From positions 1-41,788 of the IMG/VR virus record IMGVR_UViG_3300012942_000074: DNA of 41,788 nt; one strand, given 5' to 3'. Shown in pieces: positions 8,235 through 15,903 of this stretch. Each line of letters starts with the position of its first letter. Positions within the stretch are counted from its first letter, which is position 1. The DNA is from a virus (Duplodnaviria; Caudoviricetes). The notes below the pieces were generated by a model. The model did no database searches. It saw only the letters and a program-made list of their open reading frames with translations, and had not been told where the DNA came from. Made by a program: the position numbers and the translations under genes.

Positions 8235-8482
8235 ACGTCAAAACCTACGCCACGCAACTCGCGGCACAACTTCGCGAAATCGAAACAATCCAGGAGGCGG
8301 TAAAGGATATCGTCGCCTCTGCAAAAGACGCCGGGATAAATCCGCGCGTGCTGCGCAAGGTTGCCCGTGAGATGTGCATGGATTCCGACAAGCGCGCCAA
8401 GCTTTACGACGATGAAGATCAGCTTTCATTGTTTCGAACTGAAGTCGGGTTGACGGAACGCTATGCGGAGGCCGCTGAATGA
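8231..8482 (+). CDS. gapR: GapR (DUF2312)-like DNA-binding protein
   Basis: VKDIVASAKDAGINPRVLRKV...MDSDKR...QLSLFRTEVGL. Confidence 0.8.
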   Translation: MNVKTYATQLAAQLREIETIQEAVKDIVASAKDAGINPRVLRKVAREMCMDSDKRAKLYDDEDQLSLFRTEVGLTERYAEAAE

Positions 8483-8601
8483 CCACGATCATCGCAGTTC
8501 TCATCCTCGTACCAGCTCTTACCTTTGGAGCATATACGGCCTGGTTGTGGATCAGAGACGCTATTGCAAATTCGAAACGTGAGACGGGAGGTAAGCTATG
8601 A
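8479..8601 (+). CDS. 40-aa single-TM peptide
   Basis: MTTIIAVLILVPALTFGAYTAWLWIRD...; GGAGG RBS; ATGA overlaps on both sides; not in the ORF track. Confidence 0.6.
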   Translation: MTTIIAVLILVPALTFGAYTAWLWIRDAIANSKRETGGKL

Positions 8602-9020
8602 GCAAGTTGCTCGATGTGCTTGAGAGGATTGCGGCCGCGCTCGAAGCGCAGAACGCTAAGAGCAATTGGCCTGACCACGATGCCATGCGCGCAAAGGAGC
8701 GCAAGCGTCGCCGCTTAATCCTTGCGGCCGAAAACGACAAACGCTTCCCTAGCCTTATTGACGAAATGAGGTCCGAGAAATTCCGCGAAATACCATTGGA
8801 TGACGACGTTTTGGAATGGCTCGCCGATGATTGCGGTGATGCCGTGGCGGTTCTCAGATACCTCGTTAACAACGTCAAACAGGCGAAGGTTATTGCGACG
8901 CTCGATGCCGAGGATGCGAAACGAGAGCTTAGAAAGATCGAGGAGCGCTTACTGTCCGAGGCGAAAGATTACGCGTCCGGCCTTTTGAAATCGGCGCTCG
9001 CCAAAAAGGACGGCGCATGA
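8598..9020 (+). CDS. Hypothetical protein
   Basis: GGGAGG RBS; coupled to its neighbours. Confidence 0.7.
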   Translation: MSKLLDVLERIAAALEAQNAKSNWPDHDAMRAKERKRRRLILAAENDKRFPSLIDEMRSEKFREIPLDDDVLEWLADDCGDAVAVLRYLVNNVKQAKVIATLDAEDAKRELRKIEERLLSEAKDYASGLLKSALAKKDGA

Positions 9021-9163
9021 GCGGCGGCCATGTCATCAAGATCGGCAAGGGTGCGCGGATCAAAAACGGCAAGATCGAGCTACGGCCCATCTACAGGGAT
9101 GCGAGTGCTGCGATCAGAGCCAAATCATCGAAGAAGATTCGCGTGAGAAGGAAGGCACCTTGA
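9017..9163 (+). CDS. 48-aa highly basic peptide
   Basis: MSGGHVIKIGKGARIKNGKIELRP...KKIRVRRKAP; AAGGA RBS; overlaps both neighbours. Confidence 0.55.
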   Translation: MSGGHVIKIGKGARIKNGKIELRPIYRDASAAIRAKSSKKIRVRRKAP

Positions 9164-9651
9164 TCACATCGGAAAGACTTCGCGAGCTTCTTGATTATAA
9201 TCCTGAGACGGGGGTTTTTACTCGGAAAGTCGCGACGGCACAATGCATGAAAGTCGGGGATATTGCTGGCTCGATGATGAGCCACGGGTATCGTCGAATA
9301 TGCATCGATAATCGTGTTTATCTCGCGCACCGTCTAGCATGGCTCTACATGACCGGAGAATGGCCGAAGCATCAAATAGACCACATAAACGGTAATAAGA
9401 ACGATAATCGGCATGTCAATCTTCGTGAAGCGACGAATTCCGAAAACATGCGAAATACCGGCAAGAGATCCGATAATTCATCAGGTTTCAAAGGTGTTTA
9501 TTGGAATTCCGAAAAGATGCGATGGAGCGCCCAGATTTCCTACAACGGAAGACATAAAAGTCTTGGCACGTTTGATACTGCCGAGGAAGCACACGTAGCT
9601 TATCGCTCTGCATCCGAAAAACTTCACGGGCAGTTTGCGAGGGCGGAATGA
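9160..9651 (+). CDS. HNH homing endonuclease with AP2 domain
   Basis: AHRLAW, IDHINGNKNDNRHVNLREAT, SGFKGVYW...LGTFDTAEEA. Confidence 0.95.
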   Translation: MITSERLRELLDYNPETGVFTRKVATAQCMKVGDIAGSMMSHGYRRICIDNRVYLAHRLAWLYMTGEWPKHQIDHINGNKNDNRHVNLREATNSENMRNTGKRSDNSSGFKGVYWNSEKMRWSAQISYNGRHKSLGTFDTAEEAHVAYRSASEKLHGQFARAE

Positions 9652-10199
9652 TCTGGTATGCAATAAGATGCACATCAGGACGCGAGCTGACGCTTGCTGG
9701 CCGCCACGATGAGGACGGCGTATGGCTTCCTGGATTGCTTGAGAAACGCGGCTATCAGGTGTTCTGCCCGACTGAGGTCAAGTTCCGAAAGGCGATCCGA
9801 AATGGGCGGCGCGTCGCTATCCCGCGTCTCTACAGTATGTTCTGCGGTTACATCTTCGTCGGCGGGAACTTCTCTTGGCTGCACCTCATGGCCGAGAACT
9901 ACGTGCACGGCGTCGTGGGATCCTCGGATGCGTCGGGCAACCGCCGTCCAGCACCAATCTCGGAATCAGAAATGGAAAAGCTCCGATCGATGTCAGGAGG
10001 ACTTGTGCCGCATCGGAGGTCGGTGAACACTCATCGCGCGTTCCGCGTCGGGGAATCCGCAGCGATTGCAGTGGGGCCGTTTGCGCATCAGGTCGTGACG
10101 ATCGCCAACCTGCACGGGTCAAAGGCGCGGGTGTTCCTGAATCTTTTCAACGTCACACGAGAAGTCGAAGTGGACCTCGACATGCTGGATGTCGCATAA
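9648..10199 (+). CDS. NusG/RfaH-family late antiterminator
   Basis: NGN domain (WYAIRCTSGRE, MFCGYIFV) and KOW (FRVGE..I..GPF); at the position of lambda Q. Confidence 0.9.
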   Translation: MIWYAIRCTSGRELTLAGRHDEDGVWLPGLLEKRGYQVFCPTEVKFRKAIRNGRRVAIPRLYSMFCGYIFVGGNFSWLHLMAENYVHGVVGSSDASGNRRPAPISESEMEKLRSMSGGLVPHRRSVNTHRAFRVGESAAIAVGPFAHQVVTIANLHGSKARVFLNLFNVTREVEVDLDMLDVA

Positions 10200-10225
10200 A
10201 AAAGGCGGCCCCGAAGAGCCGCCCT
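10198..10225 (-). terminator. Rho-independent terminator for the minus-strand membrane-protein gene
   Basis: GGCGGC/GCCGCC stem with an A6 tract on the + strand (T6 on the - strand). Confidence 0.6.
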
Positions 10226-10259
10226 GAGTGATCTTGTTTTTTTCGTGGGCTCACGAAAA

Positions 10260-11255
10260 TTACGCTCTAAGAGCAATGCGCAACTGTTTCCCGTGCCGCG
10301 TGACTGTCAACTGATCCTCGACTTCGTGCCGCCGCCTGGTTGCCGCGCCTTCGTCAATCCCGAGCAACTGAGCAAGTTCCCGATGACTGGCAACCGAGCC
10401 GCCGTTTCGTTCGAGAGCTTTCAAAACCGGATGCGTCCTGAGTTCGACAACGCCTTTCGGCAACTCGCGCGGCTTGCGTCCTTTCGGTGGTTCATCGTCC
10501 GGCAACTCAGCGAAGAAAGACGTTTGCTGGGTGTCGGCAACTGAGCAATCGTTCGCGACGGCAACCAAAACCGGACGCTTGCCCTGCCGAAACGCAAAAC
10601 CGAGCGAGACGATTGAGCCGAGCTCATAGAACAAGCAATTGAGCAGTGGTTCGAGCAGCACATACATCGCTTGCGCTTTTGCTTTGTTGACGCCGAAGAG
10701 GGCGGCCATTTCCGCCATGCGTTCGGCCTTGGCATTGACCGGCTTCTTCGGTCCGAGGGCGGCAATCTCTTTCTCAAGCTGCGAGATGACGATCGCTACG
10801 TCCTTGGAGTTGCGCTGCCAGTCCCGGCAGTTACGGCCGCAGCCGCGGCGTCCGGTTTCCTTCTGCACCTGAGCGTCGGCATAGGCCTTGCGAGCCCGGG
10901 CCTGTTCCAGGTCGGCCGTCTTATCGGCAATGGCTTTGTTGGCCGCCTCTGCCGACAGTGCGTTTTCTTCGAACGTGGTCGCCTGACGCCCGATGCTGTT
11001 GGCGACGACGAGGCCTGTGCCGCCGATAAAGAGCACGAGGAAGCCCAACGCTGCCAACGGGTTTCTGAAACCCGCTTCGGCGAGGAGATGGCCGGCCGCA
11101 GTGGTTCCGAATACCGCAAGCACGGTCAGGACGTGATAGGACGTCCATTCCCACGGCTTGAGCAAGGCAGGGCCGAGCAGGATCGTGAGAGCGCCGCCGG
11201 TAAATGCGGCTCCAGCCACAAGAGCGAGAGCGCGTCCTTTGATGGATGTGCTCAT
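10260..11255 (-). CDS. Multi-TM coiled-coil membrane protein with CGxxC hairpin and C-terminal HTH
   Basis: Three N-terminal hydrophobic helices; coiled coil with ETGRRGCGRNC; further TM; C-terminal SHRELAQLLGIDEGAATRR. Confidence 0.8.
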   Translation of the reverse strand: MSTSIKGRALALVAGAAFTGGALTILLGPALLKPWEWTSYHVLTVLAVFGTTAAGHLLAEAGFRNPLAALGFLVLFIGGTGLVVANSIGRQATTFEENALSAEAANKAIADKTADLEQARARKAYADAQVQKETGRRGCGRNCRDWQRNSKDVAIVISQLEKEIAALGPKKPVNAKAERMAEMAALFGVNKAKAQAMYVLLEPLLNCLFYELGSIVSLGFAFRQGKRPVLVAVANDCSVADTQQTSFFAELPDDEPPKGRKPRELPKGVVELRTHPVLKALERNGGSVASHRELAQLLGIDEGAATRRRHEVEDQLTVTRHGKQLRIALRA

Positions 11256-11368
11256 TGCCCGATGCTCCCTTTCACAGAAGCTTCCATCGTGTGAATGAGA
11301 CAGACAACACCGAGGAAAACCACGGGAGCAGCGATGACGAGGATTGGGATTAGGTTTAAGTAGTTCAT
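11252..11368 (-). CDS. 38-aa hydrophobic peptide
   Basis: MNYLNLIPILVIAAPVVFLGVVCLIHTMEASVKGSIGQ; GAAAGG RBS; ATGA overlap with the downstream gene. Confidence 0.65.
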   Translation of the reverse strand: MNYLNLIPILVIAAPVVFLGVVCLIHTMEASVKGSIGQ

Positions 11369-11458
11369 GGGTCTTGGCCTTTCGTATGAAGGTTTGAGAT
11401 CAAGAGCCTCGCCGCGGTGTCCGCCGTTGCGGGGCTCGAATAATATAGTGGCTTAAAG

Positions 11459-11506
11459 TTGACCAAAAGTCAATGCGGGTGCGACCAGATATTGACTTTT
11501 GGATAA
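11459..11506. promoter_or_regulatory. Operator pair TTGAC-N5-GTCAA between divergent genes
   Basis: TTGACCAAAAGTCAA (11459-11473) and near-inverted copy TTGACTTTTGGATAA (11492-11506). Confidence 0.55.
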
Positions 11507-11526
11507 TATTATGAGAGACGTGTTAA

Positions 11527-11718
11527 ATGAGTAACGGTCTCAAACGTCTCCGCAGCCTCCTCGGCTCGCAGGCTCACATTGCTCAAGCTCTCGGGATGAC
11601 GGCCGCACATGTTTCGCGGATCGCCAACGGCGCGCGCGCCGAGCCGGAATATCTGACAGCCATTGCGGAGTTGCTCGAGGCGCTGCCGCCGAAAGACTGG
11701 CCCAAGAGGTGGAAATGA
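11527..11718 (+). CDS. Small XRE/Cro-like HTH protein
   Basis: SQAHIAQALGMTAAHVSRIANG. Confidence 0.85.
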   Translation: MSNGLKRLRSLLGSQAHIAQALGMTAAHVSRIANGARAEPEYLTAIAELLEALPPKDWPKRWK

Positions 11719-11927
11719 CCACGAGCGTTCCAACGGCAAGTCCGCCGGATGATTTCACACCCTGGATGGACCCATACAATTTGAGAAAGGACATCAAACA
11801 GTGGCCTTACTCTTACAAAGTCGTAGAGATTTGGCGGCCGGGGTGCACGGAATTGCGATCAGTCGACCCGAACGACATCCATCCGATGACAAACGTGCAA
11901 AATTGGTACTGGCGACCGGTAATGTAA
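11715..11927 (+). CDS. Hypothetical protein
   Basis: GAGGT RBS; ATGA overlap with the HTH gene. Confidence 0.55.
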   Translation: MTTSVPTASPPDDFTPWMDPYNLRKDIKQWPYSYKVVEIWRPGCTELRSVDPNDIHPMTNVQNWYWRPVM

Positions 11928-11930
11928 CTA

Positions 11931-11960
11931 TTGACACAACCCGCGAATAAGCTGATTGAG
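11931..11960 (+). promoter_or_regulatory. Putative late promoter
   Basis: TTGACA at 11931 upstream of a terminator and the late operon; -10 element unclear. Confidence 0.5.
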
Positions 11961-12062
11961 AATCAAACCCATCGTGCGTCTCGGGCTTTTCACGCCATGT
12001 TCCGTTAGGTAGGCCAGGCCCACCCTCGCTGAAAAACTGAATTCAGCTCAAGCCGGTAATGC

Positions 12063-12082
12063 CCCCAAAGCGGGGTTTTTTT
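12063..12082 (+). terminator. Terminator in the late leader (tR'-like)
   Basis: CCCC-aaagc-GGGG followed by a T run. Confidence 0.65.
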
Positions 12083-12337
12083 CATATGTGTGCGGCTCTC
12101 GCGAAAGCGATCCGCGTCTTGTCCTGTTCTCTGCCGGTGTGACTTCTCTAGCTTTGCCTAGGGCGGGTTTGAGCATCGGTGGGGGATGGACGCAGGATTC
12201 GAACCCCCGCCGCCGCGATTGCGCCACAGCCGGATTGCGCCGAACCCCCGTTTCGCGCGCCGGTTCTCCTCTCCTGATGAGACGCAGCGGCGGGGTCTTT
12301 TCTCACACCCGGAATTAATCCATCCTGGGAGGACCCC

Positions 12338-13456
12338 ATGACCCTTTGGCAGCTTGTCAAAGCGATCCCGCGTGGCATCGCCTTCGTGATCGTCGGCGTC
12401 GGTGCGTTCCTGGGCACCCAGTGGCGGCAGTACACGCCGTTCGGGCAGATGCTTTGGGTCTTCGCGCTCTTCGCCATCGGCGTGGACTCGGGAATTTCTT
12501 ATGAGTTCGGCACCACGCTCTCCTACCTGCACGCGGTAGGCTTTGGGCTCGTGGCAATGGCGTTCTGCATTCTCCCTGATGTTGCCGCTATGGAATGGCG
12601 CAAGGGCAACAAGCCAGCGGCCGGCTGGATCGTCGTCGGCTGCATCCCGCTCGGTTGCGTCGCGCTCCTGACCCACGTCGGCTATTCGGCCTCGATCCGG
12701 GTTGGCGACATGCAGCAATCGGACGTCTCCAACGTCAAGTATGAGGACACGCGCGCCGCGGTGACGGACGCGGAAGGAAAAATCAAGTTCTTCACTGACC
12801 GCATCGCCGCCCTCAAAGACGCGAACCCATGGATTACGTCCGTCTCCGCCGACGGCCTTAAAGCGCAAGAGCCCGCGCTCGAAGAGGCTATCACCCAAGA
12901 AACGCACCGCGGCGGGTGTGGACCCAAGTGCCTCGCCCTCAAGAAACAGCTTGCCGACGTAATGGAACGCGCCGGCAAGGCGGAAGAGCTGTCCAAGCAC
13001 GAAACCATGCTGCTCGCTGCTCAGAAAGGGCTTGAGAAAGCCCGGACTGCTGCGAAGGCTGCGACCTACGTCTCATCGACCGCGGTCAACCACACCGACA
13101 CCTTGTTCAAAGCTCTAAGCCTCGTGCGCTTCCAGCCCGTTGAGAACGTCACGGTGATGGAACGAGACGCAACGAACACCGGCATCATGGGTATCAGTTC
13201 GGTGGCGTTCCTGCTCTTGGCGCCGATGTTTTATGTGGCGGCAGGACTTAATCGCCGGCCGGGCGTTCTCGATGCCTGGATTTACGGCGAGAAGGACGAA
13301 ACCGCGCCCGAGATCGCCAAAGCTCCCATCCCGCTTCACGATGACCGCTCGACCTACGTCAAGCTCGTGGAAGGCGATAAGGCGGACGATGTTCGAGCGA
13401 TTATCGAACGTTTGAAAGCCGCGCTTCCGAAACCGCAATATCTTGAGGCCGCATGA
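12338..13456 (+). CDS. Multi-TM coiled-coil membrane protein with CGxxC hairpin (paralog-like to 10260-11255)
   Basis: Several N-terminal TMs; ETHRGGCGPKC; C-terminal TM; GGGAGG RBS. Confidence 0.8.
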   Translation: MTLWQLVKAIPRGIAFVIVGVGAFLGTQWRQYTPFGQMLWVFALFAIGVDSGISYEFGTTLSYLHAVGFGLVAMAFCILPDVAAMEWRKGNKPAAGWIVVGCIPLGCVALLTHVGYSASIRVGDMQQSDVSNVKYEDTRAAVTDAEGKIKFFTDRIAALKDANPWITSVSADGLKAQEPALEEAITQETHRGGCGPKCLALKKQLADVMERAGKAEELSKHETMLLAAQKGLEKARTAAKAATYVSSTAVNHTDTLFKALSLVRFQPVENVTVMERDATNTGIMGISSVAFLLLAPMFYVAAGLNRRPGVLDAWIYGEKDETAPEIAKAPIPLHDDRSTYVKLVEGDKADDVRAIIERLKAALPKPQYLEAA

Positions 13457-13749
13457 CACCCGACGACATCAAAGCAGCTGCGGGAAATCTCAACGACCTT
13501 GAGAGAATCCCGCAAATCGTCAAGGACATTGAAACGGGTTCTCCGATCACCGTCACGGTCGGAGCTTCAAACCTCAATATCCAGCCGCTACAGGCTCCGG
13601 AAATCCGTCAAGCCATAACGGCTTATCTCTCTGGTCTCGCATCGGAGGCCCGGTCGCGCCTCGCTGGTCTTGGGATTGAGCAAAGCGACTTCGACAAGAC
13701 GCTCGCGCAGCTTGACGCCGAGGCTCAACCCAACGGGGTGCCGAATTGA
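13453..13749 (+). CDS. Hypothetical protein
   Basis: GAGG RBS; ATGA overlap. Confidence 0.7.
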   Translation: MTPDDIKAAAGNLNDLERIPQIVKDIETGSPITVTVGASNLNIQPLQAPEIRQAITAYLSGLASEARSRLAGLGIEQSDFDKTLAQLDAEAQPNGVPN

Positions 13750-13961
13750 GCGACCTAACGGCTGAAGAGTTCGATACCGCGTTGCAAACCATCCTGCCCA
13801 TACTCGCCAGGAAGGGCATTCCGAACCCGACCGACAAGCTTCTCGTTCCGTTGGTCAAGGCACACCTGCCGGAAGATAAGCGGACTGGAGTCGATGCGCT
13901 CGTGGCGCGCGGTGCAGTCGCTTGGCCTTCGGCCGTGAGACAAACGAAGGCTAGCGCGTAA
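13746..13961 (+). CDS. Hypothetical protein
   Basis: TTG start overlapping the previous stop; TAATG junction with terS. Confidence 0.6.
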   Translation: MSDLTAEEFDTALQTILPILARKGIPNPTDKLLVPLVKAHLPEDKRTGVDALVARGAVAWPSAVRQTKASA

Positions 13962-14335
13962 TGACAAAACCTAAGGCTGCTGCTGCAACTGCAAGAGCAG
14001 TTCCAAAACAGCTGACACCGTTTAAGCCGGGACAGTCAGGCAACCCGGCAGGACGGCCCAAGGGTTCGCGCAACAAGCTCGGGGAAGATTTCCTGAACGC
14101 GCTACAGGCCGATTTCAGCGCGCACGGAGTCAAAGCAATCGAAACGGTACGCGAAGAGCGGCCACATGAATACCTCAAGGTCATTGCCGGAATCTTGCCG
14201 AAGGAGCTGAACGTCAAGACCTCAAGCGTCGAGGAACTCAGTGATGATGAGCTTGCAGCTGGAATCGCAGCTCTCCAATCCATCCTTACTGCTCAAGCAG
14301 TTCGAGAAGGAAGCGAAAAGGCGTCGCGACACTAA
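13961..14335 (+). CDS. terS: Terminase small subunit (DUF5681-like)
   Basis: PFKPGQSGNPAGRPKGSRNKL; upstream of TerL. Confidence 0.85.
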   Translation: MTKPKAAAATARAVPKQLTPFKPGQSGNPAGRPKGSRNKLGEDFLNALQADFSAHGVKAIETVREERPHEYLKVIAGILPKELNVKTSSVEELSDDELAAGIAALQSILTAQAVREGSEKASRH

Positions 14336-14954
14336 TCAGCTCAGACACTATGCGCCCTACGCGAAACAGAAAGAGTTTCACGCCGCGGGCAGAGAAATAA
14401 ACGAACGCCTGTTTATGGCCGGCAACCAGCTCGGAAAGACGAAAGCCGGCGGTGGCGAATGGGCCATGCACCTGACCGGCCGTTATCCCGATTGGTGGGA
14501 AGGCGCGACGTTTTCTAAGCCCGTCATCCTTTGGGCCTCGGGCGTGACGGGTGAGTCCACGCGGGATAACCCGCAACGCATTCTGATCGGCAACCCTCCG
14601 AGAGAGGAAGAATGGGGCACTGGCATGGTGCCGAAGGAGTGCTTGGTCGATTACGACCGGGCGATGGGCGTGCCGAACCTCTTGGACAACTACATCGTCA
14701 AGTGGGGGGGCGGTGGCGACGTTCAGGCCGGGGAATCAATCGTCTACTTCAAGGCCTATGAAAAAGGTCGCGAGAAGTGGCAAGGCCCGACGATCGACGG
14801 GGTTTGGTTCGACGAAGAACCACCGCTCCCGATCTACACCGAAGGCCTAACGCGAACGAACAACGGCCAGCGCGGTCAGTTCTCGATTATCACATTCACG
14901 CCGCTGCTCGGCATGTCGGAAGTGGTTTCTCTTTTCCTGTTGGGAGATAAATGA
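14241..14954 (+). CDS. terL: Terminase large subunit, N-terminal ATPase part (P22 gp2-like)
   Basis: Walker A AGNQLGKT; Walker B VWFDEE; coupling motif TFTP. Confidence 0.92.
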   Translation: MMMSLQLESQLSNPSLLLKQFEKEAKRRRDTNQLRHYAPYAKQKEFHAAGREINERLFMAGNQLGKTKAGGGEWAMHLTGRYPDWWEGATFSKPVILWASGVTGESTRDNPQRILIGNPPREEEWGTGMVPKECLVDYDRAMGVPNLLDNYIVKWGGGGDVQAGESIVYFKAYEKGREKWQGPTIDGVWFDEEPPLPIYTEGLTRTNNGQRGQFSIITFTPLLGMSEVVSLFLLGDK

Positions 14955-15688
14955 CCCGCTCTGTTACGGTGATGACGATCGATGACGTCGATCATTACTC
15001 GGCAGAGCAGAAAGCCTCGATCATTGCCTCATACCCGCCGCACGAACGCGAGGCGCGGGCCAAAGGCATTCCGACGATGGGCTCAGGCCGGATATTCCCG
15101 GTTGAGGAATCATCCATCACCATTTCTCCGATGCACATCCCAGACCACTGGGCGCAGATCAATGGCCTCGACTTTGGATATGACCATCCCTTTGCAGCCG
15201 TAAACGTGGCGTGGGATCGGGATGCGGACGCCATATACGTCTGCAAATGTCATCGCGTGCGCCAAGAAACGCCGACGCTGCACGCACCATCGGTCAAGCC
15301 CTGGGGAGATTGGATACCCTGCGCCTGGCCACATGACGGCTACCAACACGATAAGGGCGGCTCGGGAGAGCAGCTAAAGGCCCAGTACGCGGCACAAGGG
15401 CTGAGCATGCTGCCGGAGCACGCGACCCATGCCGAAGGCGGCAACGGGGTCGAGGCTGGCCTTATGGAAATGCTCGATCGCATGCAGACCGGACGCTTCA
15501 AGGTGTTCTCGAACCTCAACGATTGGTTTGAGGAATTCCGGCTCTATCATCGGCTGGACGGCAAAATCGTAAAGGAACGTGACGACCTGATGAGCGCCAC
15601 AAGATACGCCGTGATGATGCTGCGCTTTGCGGCAACGAAGCCAAGAACGCATGAGCGCCGCCGCGCCAACATCGGACATCTCTCTTGA
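14951..15688 (+). CDS. terL: Terminase large subunit, C-terminal part (lid plus RNase H-like nuclease)
   Basis: HEREARAKGIPTMGSGRIF; GLDFGYDHPFA; WPHDG; DDLMSATRY. Confidence 0.92.
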   Translation: MTRSVTVMTIDDVDHYSAEQKASIIASYPPHEREARAKGIPTMGSGRIFPVEESSITISPMHIPDHWAQINGLDFGYDHPFAAVNVAWDRDADAIYVCKCHRVRQETPTLHAPSVKPWGDWIPCAWPHDGYQHDKGGSGEQLKAQYAAQGLSMLPEHATHAEGGNGVEAGLMEMLDRMQTGRFKVFSNLNDWFEEFRLYHRLDGKIVKERDDLMSATRYAVMMLRFAATKPRTHERRRANIGHLS

Positions 15689-15903
15689 GCAGCAAGACGG
15701 ACGATACCGCGTCATCCGATCCCATGGACGAAGACGAACTCCGTCGGCAGATGGCGGACGTTTACGCGCACGTGAATTCGGAACTCGACGCCGAAAAAGT
15801 ACCGGATTGGAAAAGAACAATGGAGCTGCGCTATCGCATGGCTAAACGTCTCGGCCCCGCGCTTCTTTCTCAATTGGCAGTCTTGGCTAAGGGCCGCGCT
15901 TGA
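15685..15903 (+). CDS. Hypothetical protein
   Basis: Fills the gap between terL and portal with overlaps. Confidence 0.5.
   Translation: MSSKTDDTASSDPMDEDELRRQMADVYAHVNSELDAEKVPDWKRTMELRYRMAKRLGPALLSQLAVLAKGRA

Noticed and set aside
9160-9651. HNH as cognate restriction enzyme of the methyltransferase
   Set aside because: Typical free-standing HNH-AP2 homing endonuclease, unlinked to the MTase
12274-12315. Hammerhead ribozyme (CTGATGAG core)
   Set aside because: No GAAA after a plausible stem II and no matching stems I and III
12158-13000. Long antisense ORFs (also 15921-16637, 31033-31719, 33367-33999, 39867-40514)
   Set aside because: Shadow frames of GC-rich genes with no recognisable motifs
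14930-14960. Intron, intein or programmed frameshift in terL
   Set aside because: No intervening sequence and no X XXY YYZ heptamer; RBS plus ATGA favours re-initiation
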